A stretch of 64,000 nucleotides of DNA from Bryobacterales bacterium (GCA_022823865.1 JAJEHF010000085.1:631-64630), one strand, 5' to 3'. Shown: positions 25,924 through 35,216, numbered from the stretch's first letter. Made by a program: numbers and translations. Notes: a model not told the origin generated them from the letters alone.

Positions 25924-27555
25924 CTAGCGCTCGTTCTCCCAGTGAGCCCGCTCGGTCGAGAACAGTAGGGCCATCGCGCCGCCGCGGTCGTCGCGGCCCA
26001 AGATCGCCTCGCGGGCGAAGTAGGCCCTCAGCGAAGTCTGCCTGCCCGTGCTGCGGCAGACATCGACCAGTGTCGCGTCGGACTTGATCCGAGCCAGGAC
26101 GGCCTTCCAGGCTCGATCCGCTACAGGCTCGAATTCCGCACGATCGAGCCAGCCTTGTCGCAGGCCTCGGGTCAGGGCGAAGCCAGTCATGGCTGTGGAC
26201 GTGAACTCGCGGTAGCTTTCGGGACGATCCACTACCTGGTGCCACATGCCGGTAAGATCCTGATGCCGTGCCATGGCGCGCATGTGCGCTCGGTATGACG
26301 CCAGTGCCTCGGCGTTGCCCGGATGTTCCTTCGGCCAGTCCGACAATGCGAGCGCCAGTCCTAGCGCCGGGAATCCGTTGCCTCGGCCCCAAGCCGCTTG
26401 GTCCAGGGGCGAATGGCGGTAGAGCCCGTCGGATCGCAGGTCCAGATCCTGCATGAAGCGCAGGTGCTGCAACGCCATGTCTAAGTAGCGCTTCTCCCCG
26501 GTGAGGCGCCCGACACGTGCTAGGATCGCGCAGCCCATGAACACCGAGTCGCTCATCTCGTTGTGAGACGGCATCGAGATCTTCAGCGCGCCATCCGGCT
26601 CGAATCCCAGATCGGCAGCTGCTTGCGCCAATGCAAGGTAAGCCGGATTGTCGGTCCGCTCGTATAGGTCTGCGAAAACCAGGTGGCCCGAGATGGTGCT
26701 TCCGCTCGGGCGGTCCCCCAAGGACGGCTTGCCCTCGAGAAACGGCCTTGCGATCCGCTCGACATCTGCCAGCGGACTCTCGCCGGCGATATCGCCCAAT
26801 CGCATTCGCCCGATCAGTGCCAGAGCGGGTATGTATGTGGCGGTATCAAGCGCATGGCCGTAGGCCGGGGCGAGCTGGCCGGCAACTTCGACGGGAGATC
26901 GAGAAACCCTTTCTCGCAGCTCTCTGCGCGCCCCGGAAGCCGGCCGCGATTCGGCGAGTGCCGCCAGCATTTCGGTCGCTTCGCGCCGCAGCTCGTCCAG
27001 TGTCTGGCCGTCGGCGGCGAGGCGAAGTGTTCTAGCTGGCACGCGCCCGACATCTGCGGGTGACAGCCCCCGTTGCAGTGCGCCTGCGAGCGCGCTTGGC
27101 CGCCCGTCGAAACGCAGGTCGACGACCAAGTCCGGCGCCAGCATGCCGATGAAGCGCCATAGGTACTGGGCTTCGACCGCGTCTCCCAGATAGGCCGGGC
27201 CGTCTGGCGGGAAGCGTTCGACGGGTTCCCGATCGGGGAAAGCGTTCAATATGATCGACAGGGCGAACGGACCGTCTCCGCTGTGTCGCAGCAGCGCAGC
27301 GGCCAAATCAACCGATTCCCCGCTTCCGTCGAGCCCTGCAACAAGCAGGACACGCGGGGTTGGGGTTGCGTAGTCGGCTGGATTCCAGCCAATCCCGGCA
27401 CGGATCGGGCTTCCGGCCGCCGACACGCCGATCGACGTGTGGAAGATCTCTGCCGACGAGAGCGACGGCAGGGCTAGACACAGCGCCCCGGCGACGGCGG
27501 GCAGTATTCCGCAGAGCTTTCTGCCAGCGATCCGATCCTGTTCCGGGCTAGGCAT
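25924..27555 (-). CDS. GH88/GH105-like unsaturated glycuronyl hydrolase with a roughly 250-aa N-terminal extension
   Basis: C-terminal DGLYRHSP...AWGRGNGFPALGLA...MWHQVVD...YREFTSTAM are (alpha/alpha)6 GH88/105 motifs. Start set at ATG 27555, giving a signal peptide CGILPAVAGALCLALPSLSSA; this ATG is 2 nt from the GH29 stop. Confidence 0.75.
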   Translation of the reverse strand: MPSPEQDRIAGRKLCGILPAVAGALCLALPSLSSAEIFHTSIGVSAAGSPIRAGIGWNPADYATPTPRVLLVAGLDGSGESVDLAAALLRHSGDGPFALSIILNAFPDREPVERFPPDGPAYLGDAVEAQYLWRFIGMLAPDLVVDLRFDGRPSALAGALQRGLSPADVGRVPARTLRLAADGQTLDELRREATEMLAALAESRPASGARRELRERVSRSPVEVAGQLAPAYGHALDTATYIPALALIGRMRLGDIAGESPLADVERIARPFLEGKPSLGDRPSGSTISGHLVFADLYERTDNPAYLALAQAAADLGFEPDGALKISMPSHNEMSDSVFMGCAILARVGRLTGEKRYLDMALQHLRFMQDLDLRSDGLYRHSPLDQAAWGRGNGFPALGLALALSDWPKEHPGNAEALASYRAHMRAMARHQDLTGMWHQVVDRPESYREFTSTAMTGFALTRGLRQGWLDRAEFEPVADRAWKAVLARIKSDATLVDVCRSTGRQTSLRAYFAREAILGRDDRGGAMALLFSTERAHWENER

Positions 27556-27556
27556 C

Positions 27557-29215
27557 TTACTTCGCCGCCAGCGTTGCCGTCTGTCCATAGAGCCGGACCT
27601 TGGGATGTTCGACGACAGCGCGGTATTCCCACAGGCGCTGGCTATCGACACGAACCAGCTTGGCCGAGAATTCGCCAGGCTGGGACATCGGCGTAAGCTT
27701 CTTGCCGACCACCTTCCACGGGTCGTCCTCTTCGTACATCTCGGCGGTGCTCTTCTTGCGCCTGTATTCGAACCCAACACGCACGGTCCGTGCGTCCCCC
27801 AGATCCTTCAGATCGGCCCGCAGGAGGGCCCCGCCACCCTCCCATGACGCGTCGCTATGGGTCTGCACTTCAGGCGGCTGGAGGCCTGGCACGACGTCGG
27901 TGATCTTGAGCACCACGGGGTTGGGCCAGCGCCGATCGTTGTATAGCCTCTGGGCTCGGTAAGCCGTGATGCGGAGGCCCGCGGAGGTCTGCTCCCACTG
28001 GGTTTGAGGAGTTACTTCAGGCTGGTATTCCAAGACTTTCTCGTTTTGGCCCAGCACGCGCACCGTCGTGTCCTCGGAAGCCTTGACTGATTGCAGCGTC
28101 ACGGTCTTGCGTGCGCCCCAAGCCCAATCGGTGCCCGGCACGAAGGCGTAGACGGTGTCTGCGTCCTTGGCTTTGGTGAACCACACATCGCCCTCGTTGG
28201 TGATCACCCAAGGCCGGACTTTGCCGACGGCCTCGGCGTTGACGATGTTCCACAGCGCCATCTCGCGCATCCGCGCCTCTTGCTCGACCGGCAGCGCTCC
28301 GTTCGGCATCGGGCCGATGTTGAGCAGGAAGTTGCCGCCCTTGGCGCGGGTCTCGATCCAGGCCCCGATCAGCACTCCGCCCGACTTGTAGTGCTCGTTG
28401 GTGCCGCGGTACTGCCACTGCGTGCCCATCGTCATGTTGCCTTCCCAAGCGCCCTCCAAGGGAACCCCTGGGGTGTACTGCTCAGGTGTCTCGATCTCTC
28501 CCCGAGTGACGACGGTGTCAGGCGAGAGGTCCCAGATCAGTTGCTTCATCTCCTCGACGATGTCGTCTCGCGGCACCGGCGAACCGGTCGGCGGATCGAA
28601 GAACACCACGTCGATCGGTCCGTAATTGGTCATCAGTTCTCGCTCTTGGGCGAGGTTGAGTTCCAGCAGGCCGGGGTTGTTCGGAGGGAGCACCTCGGCC
28701 CGGAGGCGGCTGATGAGGGTGCCTTGGCGATAGAGGAAGTGGAAGTCGTCCGGCGAGAAATACCAGCCGACAGCGATCCCCTCGGCCCGGAATGCATCTG
28801 CGATCTCTTTCGCTGTGTCGCGCCCGAACGGAGTGTTGACGATGTTGAAGTCCGTGGTGGCGGTGTCGAACATGCAGAAGCCCGAGTGGTGCTTGGCCGT
28901 GAAAACGACATACTTGAAACCCGCCAGCCTGGCGACCCGCGCCCATTCGCGCGGGTCGAATTCCTTGGGATTGAAACTGCGCGGCAGTTCCGTTACGTAG
29001 CGCTCCAAGAACTCCTCGTCTGCGCCCACCATGGCGTGGCTGATCACGGAGGTGAGCTGGCTGTCAAGGCTCCAGTGGATGAACAGGCCGAGCCCGAGAT
29101 CCCGAAACCACTCGACGCGCTCCGGCTTGTTGGCGCACGGGGCGACAACTGTTGCGAGCAGAAAGAGACAGGTAATGGCCAAGCGGTTCATCGCGGAGTG
29201 CAGGTATTGTGCCAC
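27557..29215 (-). CDS. Alpha-L-fucosidase (GH29)
   Basis: FGLFIHWSLDS, KYVVFTAKHHSGFCMFDT, GNFLLNIGP. An alternative start at Met9 (29191) gives a cleaner signal peptide. Confidence 0.9.
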   Translation of the reverse strand: MAQYLHSAMNRLAITCLFLLATVVAPCANKPERVEWFRDLGLGLFIHWSLDSQLTSVISHAMVGADEEFLERYVTELPRSFNPKEFDPREWARVARLAGFKYVVFTAKHHSGFCMFDTATTDFNIVNTPFGRDTAKEIADAFRAEGIAVGWYFSPDDFHFLYRQGTLISRLRAEVLPPNNPGLLELNLAQERELMTNYGPIDVVFFDPPTGSPVPRDDIVEEMKQLIWDLSPDTVVTRGEIETPEQYTPGVPLEGAWEGNMTMGTQWQYRGTNEHYKSGGVLIGAWIETRAKGGNFLLNIGPMPNGALPVEQEARMREMALWNIVNAEAVGKVRPWVITNEGDVWFTKAKDADTVYAFVPGTDWAWGARKTVTLQSVKASEDTTVRVLGQNEKVLEYQPEVTPQTQWEQTSAGLRITAYRAQRLYNDRRWPNPVVLKITDVVPGLQPPEVQTHSDASWEGGGALLRADLKDLGDARTVRVGFEYRRKKSTAEMYEEDDPWKVVGKKLTPMSQPGEFSAKLVRVDSQRLWEYRAVVEHPKVRLYGQTATLAAK

Positions 29216-29560
29216 ACGGGTCTACGTGGATCGCGAGGCGCCCAGCCAAGGGCGGACGGAGGGTTCAGTGGGCTCCGAATCACCTGTTCTGAGACCGTGC
29301 AGGCCAAGGCTGTCGGTGCATCATTCGCGGGTGCTCCGCCAGTGCTGTACCTGCACAGGGCCGTTCCGAATGCCAGTATCAGGAATGATCCCGGAGACGC
29401 CTCGGTGGCTACCTCCAATGGGCTGGCCTGAGTCTGCGCAGACAGACCTCGGACGGGGCATCGCAGGATCGCGCTGCAACGCCGGCTTGAACTGTCTCGG
29501 AGCTCTCAACCCGCGTCGATGGCGGGCGTCAGGAATCGGCCCGCATCACATGTAGTTCTA

Positions 29561-29675
29561 TCCCGTACGGTAAAATCTTGCCTTCGGAGCCAGCCCTGCG
29601 TTTCGAATTGTCCCGTACAGTACAATCTTGGCCTCAAGATGCCTACTTCGGCATGAATTTTCCCGTACGATAAAG
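29561..29675 (+). repeat. Three direct repeats TCCCGTAC(G/A)(G/A)TA(A/C)A spaced exactly 50 bp apart, upstream of and overlapping the hipB start; putative operators
   Basis: Copies begin at 29561 (TCCCGTACGGTAAAATCTTG), 29611 (TCCCGTACAGTACAATCTTG) and 29661 (TCCCGTACGATAAAGAAGATG). Copy 1 is a 10/12 palindrome centred on GTAC. Confidence 0.55.
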
Positions 29676-29678
29676 AAG

Positions 29679-29981
29679 ATGTCCGCAGCAATGGAAGAAA
29701 AGGTGCCTCACTACGGTCGCGTCCGGTCGCCCCGAGAGCTCGGTCAGCTCGTGCGATTGCACCGGAAGAGCCGGGGATGGACCTTGGAAAAGCTCTCCCG
29801 GTTTGCCAATGTCAGCATGCGCTTTCTGTCCGAATTCGAAAGGGGCAAGGAAACCGCCGAGATCGGCAAGGCTGTGCATGTGCTGCAACTTCTTGGACTG
29901 GAAGTTGTCATCGTTCCCCGGCACGAGATGCCGGCATCGCTTCGGCGCGGAGCCAAGGTGGACCAGGGGCGAGGCGAATGA
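29679..29981 (+). CDS. hipB: HipB-like XRE/Cro-type HTH antitoxin
   Basis: ELGQLVRLHRKSRGWTLEKLSRFANVSMRFLSEFERGK is an XRE HTH. Its TGA overlaps the hipA ATG (ATGA at 29978-29981). The start is chosen at ATG 29679; the track ORF begins at 29628. Confidence 0.8.
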   Translation: MSAAMEEKVPHYGRVRSPRELGQLVRLHRKSRGWTLEKLSRFANVSMRFLSEFERGKETAEIGKAVHVLQLLGLEVVIVPRHEMPASLRRGAKVDQGRGE

Positions 29982-31237
29982 GCGACGACTTGCTCACGGT
30001 CTGGTATGGAAGCCGCCGCGTAGGCGAGCTGCAGCGTGGTCCGACCGGAACCATGGACTTTCAGTACGAACCTGGGTGGGTTCGTGGGGACGGTTTCGCG
30101 ATCTCTCAGTCGATGCCCTTGGATCGCGGGGAATTATCGGCTAGCGCCGAGCGGGCTCACAACTTCTTCGCGAACCTCCTTCCCGAGGGGGCAGCCCGCG
30201 ACTTGATCGTACGTCGGTATCGCCTTCCAAACGATGATTTTGAGTTGCTGCGGGCATTGGGAAGCGAGTGCGCCGGCGCTTTGCTGATCTTGCCCGAAGG
30301 CCAAGAGCCCGATTCGTTGAGTTCGCAGGATTACGAGCGATTCGATGATGCCAGGCCGCCCGATCTCTTGTTCGATCACGGTTGGAACTTCGAGCGCTCC
30401 GAGAGCGCTCGCCTTCCAATGCTGTCCTTGGCGGGCGCTCATAACAAGACGACGGTTGCCCTATTCGACGGGATGATCTGGCTGCCCAAGGGCACTACTC
30501 CATCAACGCATATTCTCAAGTTCGACTCCCTCGAATACCGCAACGTGCTTGTGTACGAGTGCTTCGCGACGATGTTGGCTGGGTCGACTGGACTGCCTGT
30601 GGTCGAATTTGAACTGCGGACACTGGGGCGAGACCTCTTTGCGCTGATCAAGCGGTACGATCGAGTCCGCGGGGATGACGGTCAGATTCTGAGGTTGCAC
30701 CAAGAGGACTTTTGCCAGGCGCTGGGCTATAGCAGCCGGAAGAAGTACGAGAGCGATGGCGGTCCGTCATTCGCTCGCTGCTATCGATTGGTGCGCGACG
30801 TCTGTGACGCACCGCTGGACGACCTCGAGCGGTTGCTTCGCTGGCAGATCTTCAACCTGCTCGCTGGCAACTCGGACGGCCACGCCAAGAACCTCTCGCT
30901 CCTATATGGCAGGGACGGGTCGGCATGTCTGGCACCCTTCTATGACCTGGTACCGACCCGAGCGATAGCGAATCTCGATCCACGCCTAGCATTCAACGTC
31001 GGCGGCGTGCGAGAGCCCGCCAATGTGGGCCGGCGTCATTGGGAGTCACTCGCCGCGGAATGCGATGTCCGGCCGCGAGCCGTACTCTCGTTGGTCGAAG
31101 AAATCTCCGAGTACCTGATTGGGCACGCAACCGAAATCAGGGAACGCCTTGAAGACATCCACGGCACCATTCCCGCGCTGGACCGGGTCGTGCACGTAGT
31201 CAACCGCCAGTGTCGTCGGGCAGCGCGCGGGGACTGA
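29978..31237 (+). CDS. hipA: HipA-family serine/threonine kinase toxin
   Basis: MSDDLLTVWYGSRRVGEL (HipA N-terminal coupling domain), LSLAGAHNKTTV, and LLAGNSDGHAKNLSLLY (catalytic loop). Confidence 0.88.
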   Translation: MSDDLLTVWYGSRRVGELQRGPTGTMDFQYEPGWVRGDGFAISQSMPLDRGELSASAERAHNFFANLLPEGAARDLIVRRYRLPNDDFELLRALGSECAGALLILPEGQEPDSLSSQDYERFDDARPPDLLFDHGWNFERSESARLPMLSLAGAHNKTTVALFDGMIWLPKGTTPSTHILKFDSLEYRNVLVYECFATMLAGSTGLPVVEFELRTLGRDLFALIKRYDRVRGDDGQILRLHQEDFCQALGYSSRKKYESDGGPSFARCYRLVRDVCDAPLDDLERLLRWQIFNLLAGNSDGHAKNLSLLYGRDGSACLAPFYDLVPTRAIANLDPRLAFNVGGVREPANVGRRHWESLAAECDVRPRAVLSLVEEISEYLIGHATEIRERLEDIHGTIPALDRVVHVVNRQCRRAARGD

Positions 31238-31270
31238 GTCGCCTTTATGCATCCGCGCTGTGCGGCACGA

Positions 31271-31531
31271 TCACTGCCCGCCCTCTGCGGCAAAGTCTTC
31301 TACCTCCAACGCATCATTGAGTTGGTTGAGCCTCAGAGGGTCGACGCCCGGCACAAGCCCGCAACGATTGGCAACAATCCGGAACGTAGGCAGTTCCGGC
31401 TGATCTGAGCGGGTTGTCATCCCTCGCCGCAAGACATCGTTCACCACTTTCTCGAACGGCCTGCCTTGCAGTCGACTTTGCATCTTCAGAAAGTCTGCAA
31501 CATCCTCGTCTAGCGTCAATGTCGTTCTCAT
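31271..31531 (-). CDS. VapB-type ribbon-helix-helix antitoxin-like protein with no adjacent toxin
   Basis: MRTTLTLDEDVADFLKMQS... (RHH start typical of VapB/CopG-type antitoxins). The C-terminal GLVPGVDPLRLNQLNDALEVED resembles a toxin-wrapping tail. Start set at the internal Met. Confidence 0.55.
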   Translation of the reverse strand: MRTTLTLDEDVADFLKMQSRLQGRPFEKVVNDVLRRGMTTRSDQPELPTFRIVANRCGLVPGVDPLRLNQLNDALEVEDFAAEGGQ

Positions 31532-31545
31532 GAAGACATCATGAG
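31527..31545. promoter_or_regulatory. Perfect 7-bp inverted repeat overlapping the RHH gene start codon (putative autoregulatory operator)
   Basis: CTCATGA-AGACA-TCATGAG. TTGATA-17nt-CATGAT lies just upstream on the minus strand. Confidence 0.35.
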
Positions 31546-31746
31546 GTACATATCCTGCGATATCAAGATCATTACCTAGCGCGGGGCGTAGTCGTTGCGA
31601 GATCGTCAGGAGGCCAGAGTGCGGCTGCAGGCCCAAATCCTGCTGCTCTCGTTCCCGGACCCGCCGCGAGAACCACTAGGTCCGCCGCCGCATTCGTTCT
31701 CGAAAGCAGACTGCGGCGTGACGCTAGATCTGCAGTATCCGATGGT

Positions 31747-32988
31747 TCAATCGAGTAGCGCCATTACCAAGCCGCTGCGGATCTTGGGAGAGAACCAGGT
31801 CGACTTGGGCGGCATCATGCGCCGCTGCCGGCAAACGTCGACAAACTGCCCCATCGTCACTGGCGGCAGGGTCACCGCAAACGCGTACTCGCCCGTGTCA
31901 ACCCGCTGGCGCAGGTATGTCGCATCACGGTTGCCTCCGACGAACGTCAGCCGCTCGTCCCGCGGATCGGAAATCCCGCAAAGCTCGTCAAACACGCGCT
32001 TTTGGACGATGGCGGCGTCAATGCACTCGGCGGCATTGTCCGCGTCGTAGGCCTCGCTGCGGGGCGTGAGCCTCAGCCATTCTTGCCCTGTGTAGAGTCC
32101 GATGGCATGCGGCGAGGTGGGTTGGTAGTCGGTGTTGACCGGAGCTTGGTCCACGCGAAAGTGCCGGGACAGGGCTTCCTGCCACGAAGCTGCGGACTGC
32201 TGATACGCTTTGACCAATCGGTTATATGGCGCCAGGCCCATGCCGCTTGCCGGGAACGCAATCGCCAAGAACCCATCAAGACCTAGCATTGCTGCTGCGG
32301 CGCTGCGGTGGTTTCCGTCGGCGACGTATGCAAACGGCTCTTCGGCGAGCGCCTCGAGCAAGCTCGAGCGCTGGCGGCCAGCCGCCAGAATCCAGATCCT
32401 ATGCGTGCAACCGTCTTCGGCGAGCGCCTCGTAGTCCGCTGATCGGCTGTCGGCGGCGGCCGCAAGCAGCTTCGACAAGCGCCCATCGGTGTCCTCAACG
32501 GCGTTGTTGACCCCGCCGATGATGGAACGGGTGGCTTCGATCAGGTCGGCCCGGCCACGAGCTTTCTTGGGACGCACGCCCTCATTGCGGACTATCGTCC
32601 CTTGCGGTGTCTGGTCGGTCAGGATATCGCTGGTCCGTGCGAGCCCCCCGAGCCCAATCTGGCGGGTGGCAGGCCGGGATGGGTCTTCGATCTCGTAGAG
32701 GAACAACGCTTCGCGAACCTCGCGAGTCAGTGGGCTCTGACGAAGTTCAGCCATTCGGGAACTCGCTGCCTGCAACGCCTCCGGCGACCCCTCGGACAGC
32801 ATCGCGTCCGGCGAATCTGCGCATGCGTGGGGCATGGTGATCCGCAGTACGCTGTCCGGTTGGCGTTGAAGCAATTCAAAGATCTCAATGTCGCTCTGGA
32901 ATTCGTCGTAGTTGGGACTGCACAGCCGCTGGGCCGCAGGGGAATCCACCGGAACGAGAGCGCGGGGGATGGGGTTGAGCGTGACCAT
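31747..32988 (-). CDS. DUF1015-family protein
   Basis: 413 aa. SPNYDEF..., YVADGNHRSAAA and the overall length match DUF1015 as I recall it. Confidence 0.75.
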   Translation of the reverse strand: MVTLNPIPRALVPVDSPAAQRLCSPNYDEFQSDIEIFELLQRQPDSVLRITMPHACADSPDAMLSEGSPEALQAASSRMAELRQSPLTREVREALFLYEIEDPSRPATRQIGLGGLARTSDILTDQTPQGTIVRNEGVRPKKARGRADLIEATRSIIGGVNNAVEDTDGRLSKLLAAAADSRSADYEALAEDGCTHRIWILAAGRQRSSLLEALAEEPFAYVADGNHRSAAAAMLGLDGFLAIAFPASGMGLAPYNRLVKAYQQSAASWQEALSRHFRVDQAPVNTDYQPTSPHAIGLYTGQEWLRLTPRSEAYDADNAAECIDAAIVQKRVFDELCGISDPRDERLTFVGGNRDATYLRQRVDTGEYAFAVTLPPVTMGQFVDVCRQRRMMPPKSTWFSPKIRSGLVMALLD

Positions 32989-33211
32989 AGTGAGCAGTGT
33001 TCAGCGCGGGCATCGAGCTTGCCGCGCATGGAGAAATAGCCGACTGAGTGCGACCGGGTAGCCTCTCTCAGCTTGCCGGTTTCCGCAGATGACCGCAACC
33101 GAGGATCTGCAGGGAGTCGAGCCAGCAACTCCGCGGCTCGATCAATCGGCCTGGCGAAACCGAGACAGCCTTTGGCAGGTCTTATGATTGAGGACAAAAG
33201 GAGTCGAAAGC

Positions 33212-33574
33212 ATGATTGCCGCCGTGCGACCGATATTGATCACGATCTTGCTGGCCAGTATGGGCTTTGCTCAGGGTGGCCAGAAGAAGAACCCGGTCAA
33301 CGGGAAATGGGACGCCACAGTGGGCGGACGGTCCTATCACTTCGTGATCGTAGAGGACCAAGGCGACGTTACCGGCACAGTGACGCCCGCAGGCGGAGAG
33401 CCGGTCGAAATCGAATACGGCCTAATCTTTGACGACGAATTGGAGTTCACGACAGTCGAAGGGGGGGTTGAGTTCGAATGGACGGCCAAGGCAGGCAAGA
33501 ACGCTATCAGAGGCACTCGCGTTAATCTCGACGACGAATCCGAAGTGCGGTTTTCGGCCAAGCGAGCCCGCTGA
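33212..33574 (+). CDS. Small secreted beta-rich hypothetical protein
   Basis: ATG 33212 follows AAAAGGAG. Signal peptide MIAAVRPILITILLASMGFAQG. Confidence 0.55.
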   Translation: MIAAVRPILITILLASMGFAQGGQKKNPVNGKWDATVGGRSYHFVIVEDQGDVTGTVTPAGGEPVEIEYGLIFDDELEFTTVEGGVEFEWTAKAGKNAIRGTRVNLDDESEVRFSAKRAR

Positions 33575-33620
33575 CCCTGCGCACGCTCTAGGGTCACGAT
33601 TGCACCGATTCTTGAAAATT

Positions 33621-33657
33621 GCCCACGCGATGGGCGGAAATCGCCCATCGCGTGGGC
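33621..33657. terminator. Perfect 16-bp stem / 5-nt loop hairpin, possible bidirectional terminator
   Basis: GCCCACGCGATGGGCG-GAAAT-CGCCCATCGCGTGGGC lies 47 nt after the stop at 33574. There is a weak T-run only on the minus-strand side (AATTTTC). Confidence 0.45.
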
Positions 33658-34091
33658 GATCCGCAATGCCTGCCAAGGATCGCCGCGGGTTTTGCTCGAG
33701 CGTGGCCTTCAAGCCATGGTGGCGGTTGGCAACCTTGTCGACTACCGAAAGCTCATGTACGCAGCGTACTTGGGTCTCGGAACCGTTCTTAGCCGAGGGG
33801 AGCTTGGCCGTGACACCCGGAATCCCGCTAGCAACGGTCGGACTCCAGCGCCCATGGCTCTGTTGTGACTCACGGCTGCCGAGCCGACACGTGGCTCCGC
33901 CGTGGAACGCAACAACCAGCTGCTGCCGATCAAGGTCAACGTCGCCGAGAACCCAGAGTACGCCAACACACGGGCCTGCGCGCGTTCCCGCAAGAACACG
34001 ATCAACGGCGCATCGGTGGGCCGCTCCAAGATCCACTGCGGTGTGCCGCGTGGTCGCAGTGCCCCGCCCCCACGCTGTCCGCGCGTTCCGA

Positions 34092-35216
34092 TCAATTCAG
34101 GAAGTAGGTCCGGTACAGGGTGTCGCGTTGCTTGGGGATAAACCCTGCCTCGCGGATCATCCGCCGCAAGTCCTCTTCCGTGGCCGAATGGCTCGCGCCG
34201 GCTTGGCGGACGACGTTTTCCTCTAACATTACGCTGCCCACGTCGTTGCCGCCGAAGCGCAGCCCGAGCTGGCACACCTTGAGTCCCTGTGTGACCCAGG
34301 AAGTCTGGACGTTGAGGATGTTGTGCAGGTATAGCCGCGAAATAGCCAGCGTCTGCAGGAACTCGCAAGCGGTCGCTTCTTCGGGAACCTTCTTGCCCAG
34401 GGCCGTGTTGTCCGGCTGGAAGGGCCACGGGATGAATGCCGTGAAGCCGCCCGTCTCGTCCTGCAGCTGCCGCAATGTCTCGAGGTGAGCGACTCGATGC
34501 TCGATGGTTTCGCCGCAGCCGAACATCATGGTTGCGGTCGTGTTCATGCCGATCTGGTGCGCCGTGCGATGGACTGTGATCCAGTCTTCGGTGGTGCACT
34601 TGAGCCTGGCAATGCGACGCCGCACCTCATCGTCGAGGATTTCCGCGCCGGCGCCGGGCATGGAGTCCATGCCGGAGTCTTGCAGGCGCATCAGCGTGTC
34701 CTTGATGGTGAGGCCGCTCACCTCGGCGATGCAGAGGATTTCGGGTGCCGACAGGCAGTGCAGCTGGACCTCCGGGAACTGCTGCTTGAGGCGGCTGAAC
34801 AGGTCCTCGAAGTAGTCGATTGCGAGGTTTGGATTCACGCCGCCCTGCATGAGCACGCCGGTTCCCCCGCAATCCACCGTCTCTTGGATCTTGTCCGCGA
34901 TCGTCTCGAACGGCAGCACGTAGCCCTCGGAATGGCCCATCGGCCGGTAAAAGGCGCAGAAGCTGCAGTATTCGGTGCATTCGTTGGTGTGATTGATGTT
35001 GCGGTCGATGATGTAGCTGGCGATGCCGTGCGGGTGCAGCTTTTCGCGGAAGGCGTCTGCCTCCATCCCGAGCCCGATGAGATCGTCGCTCCTGAAAGAC
35101 TCCCGGGCTTGGTCCTTGGTCATCATCGTCTCTGCTCGCGGCCCGCTCAGGGCGCTGCAGTGCCGCAAAAGGTTCGAGCCGCACTGGCCATGGGCCGTTC
35201 CGGAGATGTCCATCAT
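34092..35216 (-). CDS. mqnE: Radical-SAM menaquinone (futalosine pathway) enzyme of the MqnE/MqnC/CofH family; MqnE favoured because it follows mqnA
   Basis: NINHTNECTEYCSFCAFYRP (CxxxCxxC). Its ATG overlaps the mqnA TGA (GTATGATGG). The MqnE versus MqnC assignment is not resolved by eye. Confidence 0.8.
   Translation of the reverse strand: MMDISGTAHGQCGSNLLRHCSALSGPRAETMMTKDQARESFRSDDLIGLGMEADAFREKLHPHGIASYIIDRNINHTNECTEYCSFCAFYRPMGHSEGYVLPFETIADKIQETVDCGGTGVLMQGGVNPNLAIDYFEDLFSRLKQQFPEVQLHCLSAPEILCIAEVSGLTIKDTLMRLQDSGMDSMPGAGAEILDDEVRRRIARLKCTTEDWITVHRTAHQIGMNTTATMMFGCGETIEHRVAHLETLRQLQDETGGFTAFIPWPFQPDNTALGKKVPEEATACEFLQTLAISRLYLHNILNVQTSWVTQGLKVCQLGLRFGGNDVGSVMLEENVVRQAGASHSATEEDLRRMIREAGFIPKQRDTLYRTYFLN

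Noticed and set aside
33429-34599. ORFs 33429-34226 (+), 33742-34599 (-) and 33422-34036 (-) as genes filling the 33.6-34.1 kb gap
   Set aside because: Their composition is Arg/Pro/Ser/Cys-rich and unprotein-like, and they overlap the well-supported radical-SAM mqn gene or the small secreted-protein gene.
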